Shown here piece after piece: positions 41,874 through 52,492 of a stretch of DNA of 64,000 nucleotides (its first letter is position 1; each line of letters begins with the position of its first letter). The DNA is from an uncultured bacterium. Its GTDB lineage: Bacteria > Babelota > Babeliae > Babelales > Babelaceae. The notes beneath the pieces are model-generated. The model saw nothing but the letters and a program-made list of their open reading frames with translations. It was not told where the DNA came from and searched no databases. The stretch lies in contig OY970209.1 in NCBI GenBank assembly GCA_963713855.1, positions 32,001-96,000 on the forward strand, read 5' to 3'. A program made the position numbers and the translations under genes.

Positions 41874-43580
41874 ATGAGCAAAAAGCATGACCTTAAAGTA
41901 CTTCGTCATTCAGCTGCGCATCTTCTCGCACATGCGATTTCCGAGCTTTTTCCAGGCACGCTTTTGACGATTGGTCCAGCCACGGATGAAGGTTTTTTTT
42001 ACGATTGTCTCCCTTTGAAAAATTTTAAGGAAGAAGATCTTGCCCCCATCGAAGCGCGCATGCGTATTCTGGCTGATAAAAACATACCTCTTACTCATCA
42101 TGAAATCTCTAAAGAAGAGGCACGAAAACTATATCGTGATAATCCTTTTAAATTAGAGCTTATAGAGTCAATACCGGGAGATACCGTAGGTCTTGCTCGC
42201 CAGGGCGATTTTTACGATCTTTGCCGTGGAGGACACGTTGAATCCACCGGTCAACTCAAGCATTTTAAATTACTGAATATCTCGGGTTCTTATTGGAGAG
42301 CTGATCGAAATAAGCCGGCTTTGCAACGCATTTCTGGAACAGCTTTTTTTACTGATGAAGAGATGGCAGCCTACGAGCTACAACAAGAAGAAGCTCGCCT
42401 TTATGACCACCGGCGCTTGGGAAAACAGCTTGATCTTTTTTCTTTTCAAGATGAAGGCGTTGGTTTTCCGTTCTTCCATCCTCGAGGAAAAGCGGTAATC
42501 AATGGCCTAGTTTCTTATATGAGAAAGATGCAAAGTGAATATGATTACCAAGAAGTAAGCACTCCAACGATGTTAAATGTAAACTTGTGGGAACGCTCAG
42601 GGCACTATGCCTACTACAAAGAGAATATGTATTTTTGCACAATTGACAGCACTACCTATGCTCTAAAGCCAATGAACTGTCCGGGTGCAATGCTTATTTA
42701 TAAAAATCGCCCGAGGTCCTATAAAGAATTACCTTTAAAGTTGGCAGAATTTGGACACGTGCATAGGCATGAGCTTTCTGGAGCCCTTCACGGACTACTA
42801 AGAGTGCGCGCATTTACCATTGATGATACGCATATTTTCTGCACCACAAACCAACTTGAGCACGAAATACGGACTCTCTTAAAGATCATTAATCGGGTTT
42901 TGCAGACATTCGAATTTAGCAAAATACAATACGTCCTTTCTACAAGACCTGATAAGTCCATGGGAAGCGATGAGGTATGGGAAAAAGCAACTCAAGCTTT
43001 AGAAAACGCGTTGAATGCGGAGCAATGCGCCTATGAGGTAATCCCAAAAGATGGCGCATTCTACGGTCCTAAGATCGGCGTTGTTATCGAAGATTCCTTG
43101 AAACGTTCCTGGGGTTGTAGCACAGCGCAGGTAGATTTTCTTCAACCTGAAAGCTTTGATCTCACTTTTGTAAACAGTCTTGGACAGCAAGAACGACCTG
43201 TTGTTATTCACAGCGCTATCTATGGCTCTCTTGAGCGGTTTTTTGCAATCCTTCTTGAGCATTTTAAAGGACATCTACCGGCATGGATCGCCTCGGTGTC
43301 TGTACGCGTCTTACCCATTACCGATGCCCAACGAGCCTATGCTCAAGAAGTATACGACGAATTAAAATCCGCTGGTATACGCGTAGAAATTGATGAATCT
43401 GCAGACCCACTTTCAGGCCAAATCAAGCGAGCACAACAAGAAAAAATCCCGTGGATGCTCATCGTGGGTGGAAAGGAAGCTGATAGTAAGACAGTGACCC
43501 TGCGCTACCACACAGGTAAACAGGAACATGGTATTACCACGCAAGATATCATTAAACGTCTTGAAGCAATGCAAGCATAG
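41874..43580 (+). CDS. thrS: Threonine--tRNA ligase (short form, no N-terminal TGS domain)
   Basis: RHSAAHLLA, DLCRGGHV, DHRRLG, KPMNCP, GAFYGPKI, GSLERF. Confidence 0.98.
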   Translation: MSKKHDLKVLRHSAAHLLAHAISELFPGTLLTIGPATDEGFFYDCLPLKNFKEEDLAPIEARMRILADKNIPLTHHEISKEEARKLYRDNPFKLELIESIPGDTVGLARQGDFYDLCRGGHVESTGQLKHFKLLNISGSYWRADRNKPALQRISGTAFFTDEEMAAYELQQEEARLYDHRRLGKQLDLFSFQDEGVGFPFFHPRGKAVINGLVSYMRKMQSEYDYQEVSTPTMLNVNLWERSGHYAYYKENMYFCTIDSTTYALKPMNCPGAMLIYKNRPRSYKELPLKLAEFGHVHRHELSGALHGLLRVRAFTIDDTHIFCTTNQLEHEIRTLLKIINRVLQTFEFSKIQYVLSTRPDKSMGSDEVWEKATQALENALNAEQCAYEVIPKDGAFYGPKIGVVIEDSLKRSWGCSTAQVDFLQPESFDLTFVNSLGQQERPVVIHSAIYGSLERFFAILLEHFKGHLPAWIASVSVRVLPITDAQRAYAQEVYDELKSAGIRVEIDESADPLSGQIKRAQQEKIPWMLIVGGKEADSKTVTLRYHTGKQEHGITTQDIIKRLEAMQA

Positions 43581-43587
43581 CCTACCA

Positions 43588-43630
43588 CCGAGCAAGATGC
43601 TTTAAAATAGGAGCATCTTGCTCGGCTTTT
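43588..43630 (+). terminator. Intrinsic terminator after thrS
   Basis: CCGAGCAAGATGCT / AGCATCTTGCTCGG followed by CTTTT. Confidence 0.8.
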
Positions 43631-43835
43631 GTAAAAATTCTTATCTTCATACTTACCTTTTTTATATGCTCACCTTTAGAATAAAGCGCTTAGATAAAAT
43701 CAAAATTGCTTTTTTGTATAAGCGAATCTGCAAATATTTTGAAGAAGTTTAAAATTAAGAATAAAAAATGTTGATTAGTGATGTGCATATCGTATACGTT
43801 AGTAATCAGTATGGAGTACTTTATAAGGAGAGCTC

Positions 43836-44339
43836 ATGGCAACGACACGAAGAACGACAGCACGTAAGACCACAAAAAGGAAGGCCGCAAGACCCGCTGC
43901 TACTAAAAGGAAAGCAGCTGTTCGCGCTGCGGCTGGCAGAAAAACAACTGCTAAACGAACAACTGCTAAACGAACGACAGCCAAAAGGACGACTGCTAGA
44001 AAAACTGCTGCATCTCGTTCAAGAACTGGTGCTGCACGCAGTAAATCAGCTGCAGCAAGATCTACAAGCGCACGAGCAGGAATACGCGCAGTCGGTAAGG
44101 CAAAAAAAGCAGCTGGTAAAACAGCAAAGCGCGCAGCACCTAAAGCTGGTGCTAAGCGTACAGCAGCCCGACGTGCAACAACAGCAAAAAAAGCAGCTAA
44201 ACGTGCGCCTGCACGACGAAAAACAATCCAAAAGCCATTGTTATCGGGACAGCTTCCTGAAAATGAGGAAACTTTTCCGGAGCATGAATCTGAAGGCACA
44301 AATATCTTCTCTTTTAGAAGAGGCGACTTTAATAGGTAG
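43836..44339 (+). CDS. Histone H1-like basic DNA-binding protein (Hc2/HctB-like composition)
   Basis: AAGGAG RBS; K/R/A/T-rich with (K)RTTA(K/R) pentapeptide repeats; short acidic C-terminal tail; terminator follows. Confidence 0.85.
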   Translation: MATTRRTTARKTTKRKAARPAATKRKAAVRAAAGRKTTAKRTTAKRTTAKRTTARKTAASRSRTGAARSKSAAARSTSARAGIRAVGKAKKAAGKTAKRAAPKAGAKRTAARRATTAKKAAKRAPARRKTIQKPLLSGQLPENEETFPEHESEGTNIFSFRRGDFNR

Positions 44340-44349
44340 CACGTTTTAG

Positions 44350-44385
44350 GAGGGCATGCAAAGTTTTGCATGCCCCTCATCTTTT
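44350..44385. terminator. Terminator between convergent genes
   Basis: GGGCATGCAAA-gt-TTTGCATGCCC. Confidence 0.75.
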
Positions 44386-44391
44386 CAATGA

Positions 44392-45246
44392 CTAGATTGC
44401 TCTAAATTCATCCTGAAATGCATCATCTAAAATACCTGTACTATTTGAAAACTCGAGTTCTACTTTTTGACCATCTTTAGGACACAGTATCTCATTTAAA
44501 AGCGGTATCTCTGCAAATTCTTCAATACAGATATTTTCGGCCCTTTGTTTCAACTGGTATTCCTTAATAAGATCCATAAGCTCTTTATTTTCCTTATCAT
44601 AGGCCTGGGCCAACAAATCTTCATAAGCATGATTTCTGCTATTAGCACAAGCCCCGTGGATGAATAAGAGTTTTAATAGCTCGAGGTTTTCGGCCCTAAT
44701 CGCCAGAGACGCAGCGGTGCCACTGCCTAGTGCACTAATCCAGGAACAATTTTCAGGATCCGGGCGGCAATCCACCTCAACCATGAGGGTATTAGGATTT
44801 ACGCCTTTTTCCAAAAGTGCTTTAACGACAGCATAAGCTTCGTTTTTTTCAAACTCCGATACTTTGCTCATTTTAAGGAGGGCATAACCGAGATAGGTGA
44901 AACTGCTTTCACGATACTCAAGTATGTCCTCATCATCTTTTACGCAAAATAAAAGCTTAAATATTTTATTGATATCTCCCGAATGAAAGCGAATTGACTC
45001 ACTATCGCCCTGTACAATCGCTTTTAAATAGTCGTCATTAGAGTTTTCTGCTAGAAACTTCTTCTCAAGTTCTTCAAAAGCCTCGCCTTCGTCTTCGTTA
45101 CCCTCCTTGCTAAAACATGATGCTTTTTCAGTCCTCGAACGCACAGGTATGGGCATAATAACCAAAGTCTTCAGAAAATTCGAGGGGACTAAAAGTCTCA
45201 GAAAAGGTATTCTCTTCATCCATCTCTTTTGCAAAACTGCATTCAA
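44392..45246 (-). CDS. Ankyrin-repeat protein
   Basis: VVKALLEKGVNPN, GTAASLAIRAENLELLKLLFIHGA; start uncertain. Confidence 0.75.
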   Translation of the reverse strand: MNAVLQKRWMKRIPFLRLLVPSNFLKTLVIMPIPVRSRTEKASCFSKEGNEDEGEAFEELEKKFLAENSNDDYLKAIVQGDSESIRFHSGDINKIFKLLFCVKDDEDILEYRESSFTYLGYALLKMSKVSEFEKNEAYAVVKALLEKGVNPNTLMVEVDCRPDPENCSWISALGSGTAASLAIRAENLELLKLLFIHGACANSRNHAYEDLLAQAYDKENKELMDLIKEYQLKQRAENICIEEFAEIPLLNEILCPKDGQKVELEFSNSTGILDDAFQDEFRAI

Positions 45247-45372
45247 ATCCCCAAGAACTTATCACACTTACCCATAGAACCGACTTTAAAAATAGTTTAG
45301 ACATTGAAATTCATCCTTATTAACGCAATACACTAGCGGGCAGTATAGTAGAAACTATAAAAACCACAACTT

Positions 45373-46002
45373 TTAAGATTTAGAGTGAAGAACCTTAAGA
45401 AGTGGCTTAATATTGCACTTATTTTGGCCACATTTGACAAGAAGTCTATGTGTCTCGGCCCAATGACTTTGGGGAATAATCTTTTTAAGTGCACATTCCG
45501 TCTCGTAAGGAGTTTTAGTGGTAACAAGCCCAAGCTCATTAGCAAGGCGGTGAACATGGGTGTCTACGCCTAATGCAGGAATACCGAATGCTTCTGCTAA
45601 CACTAAATTAGCAGTTTTTCGTCCAACGCCTTTTAGAGAAAGGAGCTCACTTTCGGTCTTAGGCACGTGCCCATTAAAGCGCTCTATAAGTTCCCGTGAG
45701 ACTGACTTGAGGGTTCTACCCTTATTAAGGTAATAATTGACCGGTCGAATAATCTCGTAAAGCTTCTGGTCGGGAAAATCAACCATTTGCTGAGGGGTAC
45801 GCACAACCGCAAAAAGTTTTTTACAGACTGGATAGGTAACCGTATCTCGGGTGCGTAAACTTAAAAGGCAGCCTATAAGAATAATATATGGGTCTCGGTT
45901 GTATTCTTGATCGAGCTTTACGAGTAGCGGCTCGGCCATCCCGTGGACTGTATCTTTAAGCCGTTTAAGGAATAATAAGACAGTGGATGGCCGAAGCTTC
46001 AT
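45373..46002 (-). CDS. nth: Endonuclease III (HhH-GPD glycosylase)
   Basis: LIGCLLSLRTRD, LLSLKGVGRKTANLV, VDTHVHR. Confidence 0.92.
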   Translation of the reverse strand: MKLRPSTVLLFLKRLKDTVHGMAEPLLVKLDQEYNRDPYIILIGCLLSLRTRDTVTYPVCKKLFAVVRTPQQMVDFPDQKLYEIIRPVNYYLNKGRTLKSVSRELIERFNGHVPKTESELLSLKGVGRKTANLVLAEAFGIPALGVDTHVHRLANELGLVTTKTPYETECALKKIIPQSHWAETHRLLVKCGQNKCNIKPLLKVLHSKS

Positions 46003-46180
46003 GGAACTACAAGCAAACTAACACGGATGATAACCGCTACTTGACAAGACATTTCTATCGAGTGGACAGTTTAGGTAAAAATAAAAAAAATGCAAGAAAA
46101 AAAGCCTTGCTCAGTAATTGATGCTTATCATTAATTGAAATATAGGGTACATTTAACAAAAAAGACCTATAAAGTACGTT

Positions 46181-48763
46181 ATGCTAAAATTGCTTATCAT
46201 TCTTTTAAGACCTCAGGTGCTCTTATTGGGGGCGTTGGGCTTTATCACCTCCATTTTCATTTTTCTGTTTTTAAAACTCATCACATTCAAATCTACAACA
46301 AACACTAAACATCTTCTGAGGTTTTATACCGCAATACTTGTCCTATGCGCTTTAAAAATAAGCCTGAGCTGGATGATACTTCTAATACTAGCTATTTTGC
46401 AAAACAATCATGCAAAAATAGCATTGCTAGCTTTCAATGTTAGACAGGCTTTTAGTATTATCGAATACCTCTTTATACCCCTTTTTGTTGACGCCCTTAT
46501 TCGACCAACTATCACCTTGAGCATAGGGGGGCTTAAAAAAATCCACTTTTTATTTTTAAGTATTTTGGCCATATTGTACCTGGTCGGGCAAAATATGCCA
46601 CAAACGGTAGACGTATCAACCTTTTTAATAGATTTTTACGGCATTGTTGTTCTTTTAGCTTCAAGCTATTTTTTGTATCGCTCAATAAAAAAAGAGTCAG
46701 CCATTCCGTTGGTTGTTAAAAAAGAGCTTACCACGCTCACTCGTAAGATTTTTTTTCCTTACGTACTTTCAAGCATTTTAGTAATGGTTTCTAGAGATTT
46801 ACCTTATAATGCTCTTTTTTTTAGTGCAGTTTTGTCTCTATTTATAAAGGCATATCTTTGGTATTTCTGCAAGAGCCGGATTATGAAACTTCCTTTCTTT
46901 ACCACTAAGCAAAATGCGCTATCGCACGTTTTTATTGAGGACCTAAATAAAGCCTTTGAGGGCTTAACACACGCTCTTAATATGAGCGAAATAGAACGCG
47001 TTACTAAACAATTTTTCCAAGACTCTTTCAATGTGAGTCCTTTAAACGTAAGCCTTCACATTAGATCCGCTCAAGAAACCTACCTTCAGCCTCAAATGAA
47101 TAAAAGGGAAAAAGAAGAACGCCACAAGATACTCTCTGCTTTGGAAAGCACCTTAGATTCTTCCGATTTAGAAGCTTTTCTAGAAAAAAACAAGATGCTC
47201 AAAAAAGATGATTTGGCATTCGCCTATTTTTATGAGTTAAAGTCGCAATTAAAAGTATATATTGATTTTCTTGAAACCATTAATGCTTCGTTTTTTATAG
47301 CCATTTACAACCAAAAACGCATTTCAGCATACCTTATCTTACGCGATACCTCTATAAATTGCGCTACTGGTAGCGCTGAAGGAGAAAAAATACTTCTTTT
47401 TACTGCCTACTTAGAACGCGTACTAACTTTTATGGAAACAATCGACCCACAAGCGGCTCTTAAAAAATACCAAGCATTAAAGCGCGAAACCCACTATCAT
47501 GCAGAAAAACTAGCGTGGTACGAGAGCATTATTGCAAGTATAAGTCCTGATAATCTAGCTTTCATGGGCGCTCTTTTGTATAACAACGATAAACTTTCGT
47601 ATCTAAACCAAGAGAGCGAAGAGCAAATAGGTATAAAACTAAGTAAATACTCAATATTTGCCGAAAATTGCACCTTCATAGCAAAAGAAGCACAAAATAC
47701 AGGAAGCCCAAAAACGTTGATCATCAAAGATGAAAGGGGTCGAGCTGTTAAGCTCAAAGCAACTCCATGCTTTCTTTTTGAATCAAAAGAAGCTATTGTC
47801 ACCGTACAGCAAACATTTTTATATCCGCTGCAAAATCACGAAAATCCTCTCTATGCACATTTAGATTGGAATATGATACTTCGCTTAGAAACCACGCAGG
47901 CTGGACAGCTTATAAATCAGGCTTTACCGGGGTCTAGTCCCGCCCTACTAGCGTTAAAAGTAAGCATTTTAAAAGCGGTACTTAGCCCAAAAGCAGTATG
48001 GATTGAAGCCCCAGGCATGGAACTCATGAAAGCGGCCGACATTATCTATAAAGCAAGCTCTAGGCCTTCAATGGCAAAGCTCAGCTTAAAAGAGCCAGAA
48101 AATAAAGAAGAAATTGCTGAAAAACTCTTTGGCTTAAATGCTTTCTATCGTTTACCTGGAGACTTACCGCTTCTTGAGGAAGTTGCTGATAATGGCATGC
48201 TATTAATTGAAAACATCCATCTTTTAAGCCGTGAGACCCAAGAAGCGCTCGCTGAAACTCTCAAATATGGATTTTTTAAGCCCCTAAAAAGCGAGCGCAA
48301 AATTAAGACTGAGATGCAACTCCTTGTATCAAGCTCATATAATCTTGAAACGCTTGTCCAAGAAAATCTTTTTTCTCCAGCTTTACTTGCAGAATTAACC
48401 CATATTTCTCTAAAAGCACCTTCAACATTTTCCACACAAGACATACAAGAGCTCCGAGAAATTGCCGCTTTTGGTGAGGAGGAATTACCAACATTTACCC
48501 TCGACGCAGTTCAAAATAGAGTGCACGCTATCCTACATCAAAAAGAACAAACTCAAGAATTTCATCCCGTTATGATAGACTCTAAAAAGCATGACAACCC
48601 AGCACTTGACCGTATACTTGAGAAAGGCAAAGATGCTCTTAAAGATAAAGAAGCTATGACCTTCCTTTGGAATACTTTTAAAAGTCAGGCAAAAATTGCT
48701 AGCCTCCTTAAAGTAAACCGCTCATCTGTGCATAAGCGATGTAAAGAATTCAATTTGAATTAG
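46181..48763 (+). CDS. Multi-TM protein with a degenerate sigma54-activator-like AAA+ domain and C-terminal Fis-type HTH
   Basis: About 7 hydrophobic segments; ADNGMLLIENIHLLSRETQEAL..G.F resembles the bEBP Walker B region; SQAKIASLLKVNRSSVHKR HTH. Confidence 0.7.
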   Translation: MLKLLIILLRPQVLLLGALGFITSIFIFLFLKLITFKSTTNTKHLLRFYTAILVLCALKISLSWMILLILAILQNNHAKIALLAFNVRQAFSIIEYLFIPLFVDALIRPTITLSIGGLKKIHFLFLSILAILYLVGQNMPQTVDVSTFLIDFYGIVVLLASSYFLYRSIKKESAIPLVVKKELTTLTRKIFFPYVLSSILVMVSRDLPYNALFFSAVLSLFIKAYLWYFCKSRIMKLPFFTTKQNALSHVFIEDLNKAFEGLTHALNMSEIERVTKQFFQDSFNVSPLNVSLHIRSAQETYLQPQMNKREKEERHKILSALESTLDSSDLEAFLEKNKMLKKDDLAFAYFYELKSQLKVYIDFLETINASFFIAIYNQKRISAYLILRDTSINCATGSAEGEKILLFTAYLERVLTFMETIDPQAALKKYQALKRETHYHAEKLAWYESIIASISPDNLAFMGALLYNNDKLSYLNQESEEQIGIKLSKYSIFAENCTFIAKEAQNTGSPKTLIIKDERGRAVKLKATPCFLFESKEAIVTVQQTFLYPLQNHENPLYAHLDWNMILRLETTQAGQLINQALPGSSPALLALKVSILKAVLSPKAVWIEAPGMELMKAADIIYKASSRPSMAKLSLKEPENKEEIAEKLFGLNAFYRLPGDLPLLEEVADNGMLLIENIHLLSRETQEALAETLKYGFFKPLKSERKIKTEMQLLVSSSYNLETLVQENLFSPALLAELTHISLKAPSTFSTQDIQELREIAAFGEEELPTFTLDAVQNRVHAILHQKEQTQEFHPVMIDSKKHDNPALDRILEKGKDALKDKEAMTFLWNTFKSQAKIASLLKVNRSSVHKRCKEFNLN

Positions 48764-48772
48764 TATTTTCCT

Positions 48773-50533
48773 ATGGAACACCTTTCGCAATTGCTCGTAC
48801 AACGCCTTTCTATCTTTGCTCGCCTTTTTTTGCTCGCAACTATTATCATAACCGGTCGTCTTTTTGAGCTCCAGATACGACTTTTTACAAGATTTCTTGC
48901 TTTAGGTGAGCGTAATTTTTTACGTACCGAAAGGGTCGTTCCACCACGGGGTAATATCTTAGATTGCAAAGGAAGACCGCTCGCGACAAGTTCACCTGTT
49001 ACAGCACTTATTTGGCAAGGCACAGGAAAGCGCGCTTTTCAAGCTCACCACATTAAACTCATAACGTTTCTTGAAAAATTACTCGATAAAGAACTCCTCA
49101 ATAATATAGATCTATTAAACGCTGAGCGAAAAGCTAAGCAACACGTTATCGTTAATGATTTAGCCTTTGAAAAATCAAGCCAGATTTTAGAACAGTATCC
49201 TAAGCATGAAAATATCATCCTTTCAACACGTTTTAAGCGTACGTACCCACATCATTCTTTAGCATGTCATGTCGTCGGCTATTTAGGCTCAGCAAAAACC
49301 CGCTTATCTGGCAAGATGGGACTTGAAAAAATGTACGAAGCTGCTCTTTGCGGAAATCCCGGCCAAATAAGAAAAAAAGTAAATTCGCAGGGTCGTGCTT
49401 TAGCTAAAGAAGAGATTCAAAAAGCACTCAAAGGAGAAGACTTAGAAATAACCATCGACCTTGATCTTCAAAAGCTTGCTGAAGATATTTTTCCCAACGA
49501 TTATGCTGGAGCAATCGTTGCGTTGAGCCCTTTAAGCGGAGCTTTAAAAGTAGTTGCGTCTAGGCCCGCCTTTGACCCAAATATATTTGTGAAATCACTT
49601 GATCCTCACTTATGGAACAGCCTGAGGGAACAAAAACAACCTTTCCTAAATAGGGCTTTTAGCGGACTTTACCCTCCGGCCTCGCTTTTTAAACTCGTCA
49701 CCATCGCTGCCGCTTTAGAGAACAATTTAGCTCAAGAAGATACTCTGTGGGAATGTAAAGGTCATATAGTTTTTGGGGGAAGACCATACTATTGTAATAA
49801 ACGCAATGGGCACGGAACTCTGACGACGCTTGAAGCTGTCGCACATTCATGCAATATTCCTTTTTATGAGCTAGGAAAGCTCATAAAGGTAGATGTACTA
49901 GCAAATTACGCCTATAAATTTGGTCTTGGCTCAAAGACATACGGTGCATTTTGCGAGAAAGCGGGACTCATCCCAACAGCCTCCTGGAAGCTTAAAGAGC
50001 GCGGTGAACGTTGGTGGCCTGGAGAAACGCTTTTAGCCACTATAGGTCAAAGCTCTTTATTAGTAACACCTATTCAAATGGCATGCATGGTCTCAGGTAT
50101 ATGTGAAGGATATTTGGTAAAACCTTCAATTCTCAAGTCTGAGGCACAACATCAGCTTGAAGGTGAGAAAAAAATGCTTGATATTAAGCCCAACACTCGA
50201 GAATTTCTTAAAAAATCAATGCGTCAAGCAGTCACGCGCGGAACGGGTAAAAGGCTTAGCAGACTGAACAATATTACCATTTATGCAAAAAGCGGAACTG
50301 CTCAAATTAGCTCATTTGAAAAAAGGTCCTTTGGCAAGGAGTTTCAAGAGCATGCTTGGTTTATTGCTTATATCTCGTATAAAGATTATGAACCACTTAC
50401 TCTTCTCATATTGCTCGAAAACGCAGGCTCATCAAGCCACGCAGTTGAGCTTGCAAAACTCTTTATTAATCGGTATAGAGCACTTACTGATGCCCATCCA
50501 CAAGAATACAAAAGGCCAAACGTTAGGCTATAG
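48773..50533 (+). CDS. mrdA: Penicillin-binding protein 2 (class B)
   Basis: PPRGNILDC.G, R.YP...HVVGY, YPPASLFK (SxxK), SCN, KSGTAQ. Confidence 0.9.
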   Translation: MEHLSQLLVQRLSIFARLFLLATIIITGRLFELQIRLFTRFLALGERNFLRTERVVPPRGNILDCKGRPLATSSPVTALIWQGTGKRAFQAHHIKLITFLEKLLDKELLNNIDLLNAERKAKQHVIVNDLAFEKSSQILEQYPKHENIILSTRFKRTYPHHSLACHVVGYLGSAKTRLSGKMGLEKMYEAALCGNPGQIRKKVNSQGRALAKEEIQKALKGEDLEITIDLDLQKLAEDIFPNDYAGAIVALSPLSGALKVVASRPAFDPNIFVKSLDPHLWNSLREQKQPFLNRAFSGLYPPASLFKLVTIAAALENNLAQEDTLWECKGHIVFGGRPYYCNKRNGHGTLTTLEAVAHSCNIPFYELGKLIKVDVLANYAYKFGLGSKTYGAFCEKAGLIPTASWKLKERGERWWPGETLLATIGQSSLLVTPIQMACMVSGICEGYLVKPSILKSEAQHQLEGEKKMLDIKPNTREFLKKSMRQAVTRGTGKRLSRLNNITIYAKSGTAQISSFEKRSFGKEFQEHAWFIAYISYKDYEPLTLLILLENAGSSSHAVELAKLFINRYRALTDAHPQEYKRPNVRL

Positions 50534-50785
50534 TTAAACCTATCCTTGAAACAAAAAGGGTCTTTAAAATCTTAGAGTTGCGCGCGTTCCATTGCTATGA
50601 AAAAGCTATTTTACGCGCGCGTCGCTCATAAAAACTCCAAATGGCAGCTAGATTTCTTCAGCTCGTGAAGAAAGAAGAATAATTTACCTAAGAAATTTAT
50701 TAGCGTGCTGCCAGAACTTGTTACAGGTCCGCTCGTGGTTTGTTAAGTCAGGAGGATATAAAAATTATATCCTCCGATTAACGAC

Positions 50786-52083
50786 CTATCGAGCAAGAGT
50801 TTTTAGTACATGGGCAATTGGGCTCGTCAATGATGAGGCAGCATTTGTGGTACCGCCTGTTACAGTAGTGGTGCCTGTGGCACTTGTGGCGCCCGTCGTG
50901 GTAGAAGGCGTACATCCTACAAGAGTAAATACTGTTACATCCGGTATGCCGCCATTTGCTAATGAACCATAATTAACAGTAACCAAGTATTGGCCCGAAG
51001 GTGAGAATGCTAGTCCCCAAGGATTTGTAGAACCAGCGGGTAATGGGTATGAGGTACCATCACTCAAGGTTCCGTCTGCCGCCACCGCAAACATCGTTAC
51101 ATCATTTGAGCCAGTAGAAGCGACTGAGACGCCCCCATTAGCAGTAACCAAGTATTCGCCAGAAGGTGAGAATGCCAGTGCGTAAGGATTTATAGAACCG
51201 GAAGGTAACGAATATGAAGTACCTGCGCTTAAGATTCCGCCCGCTTCCAACGTAAACACCGTCACTTGATTTGAGCCGAAATCAGCTGTTGCAAGGTATG
51301 TCCCGTTCGGTGAAAATGCTATTGAAGCCGGAGAAGAACCAAGAGGCTGACTAACAGTATTTCCCTGACCTGATAGCGTTCCCGTTCCTAGACTAAATAC
51401 CGTTACACCACTGGGGCAATTGCAGCAAGGGTAACAGCCGAAATCAGCTGTAACAATATATTTTTCATCATGGGAGAAAGCTAGCGAAGTGGGATTCGCG
51501 TCAACAATTGGTATAGCGGAACTTTGTGGACCAGATAAGACTCCCCCTGCTTCCACCGTAAACACTCCTATATCTGCCGCACCATGCGGACCAGCGCCAT
51601 CAGTATAAGCTACGTATGTTCCGGAAGGCGAGAACGTTACGAAGTTGGTTTGAGGGCTTGCTACTAAGCCGACATTGTATCAGCTACCGGCACTTATGGC
51701 ACCTCCAGCTCCAACCGTAAACATGGTTAAAGAGCAAGCAGGACTAATTGTGCCGCCACTAACGTCGTGACTAACAGCAGCTATGTATCCACCAGATGGT
51801 GAAAATGCTGAGAGACTATATCGGCAAGATAAGAGGGTAAAGGATACGGAGTACCAGCACTTAATGCTCCTCCTGATCCCATCGTAAACATTGTTATCTC
51901 GCTGGAACTGCCAATGGCAACGTAGGTGCCAGACGGCGAGAACGCAATTGAGTCAGCAAGAGAAGTACCAGATGGTAAAGGATACGATGTGCCTGATTCT
52001 AGAGAACAAACAGCGTCAGATTGTAAACTCACCATAAGAGGAGATAATGCGCAGATTAAATATGAAATCATGATAATTTTCAT
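50786..52083 (-). pseudogene. Disrupted secreted beta-propeller protein (AFSPSG repeats)
   Basis: Signal peptide at 52083; frameshift at (TC)3 near 51810-51815; in-frame TGA at 51680-51682; the same frame then joins ORF 50786-51565. Confidence 0.85.
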
Positions 52084-52492
52084 TATGTCCTAAAAGTTAG
52101 ATATAAAGTCAATATAAGATCAAACGCGATAAACTTATCCAGTCCCCGCCTTATATTGAGTCTTTCTTTACTAAACTCTCCCAACCTAATTTTGCGGGGA
52201 ACAGATGGAGACAACTTTACATACTTTTCTCCCTTCTTTTTATTAGACAAGTTTCAATTATTAACTTGTAGCTCTGTTAGCAGGCGTTTCTAGTTTTATT
52301 CACAGCTAATTCGGTCCTTTAATAAAGGCAATCGATACGCCCCTCAAAAATAAAATATTGCGAAGCCTCCCTATTCAGAAAATTAGTAAGAACAAAATGC
52401 ACAACCGTTAATGCATATTTTATGAAAACATTGACGAAGATCCATATCCTACCTTCGACTTCAATCATTTCCAGAAAATGCACTAAACTGAT

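Noticed and set aside
43768..44380. Overlapping 193-aa ORFs on both strands
   Set aside because: They are shadows of the low-complexity histone-like gene, which has the RBS and terminator
51680..51682. In-frame TGA as selenocysteine or an alternative genetic code
   Set aside because: TGA ends normal genes here (for example rsmH and mnmA), the aligned residue is Ser/Pro, and the gene also has a frameshift
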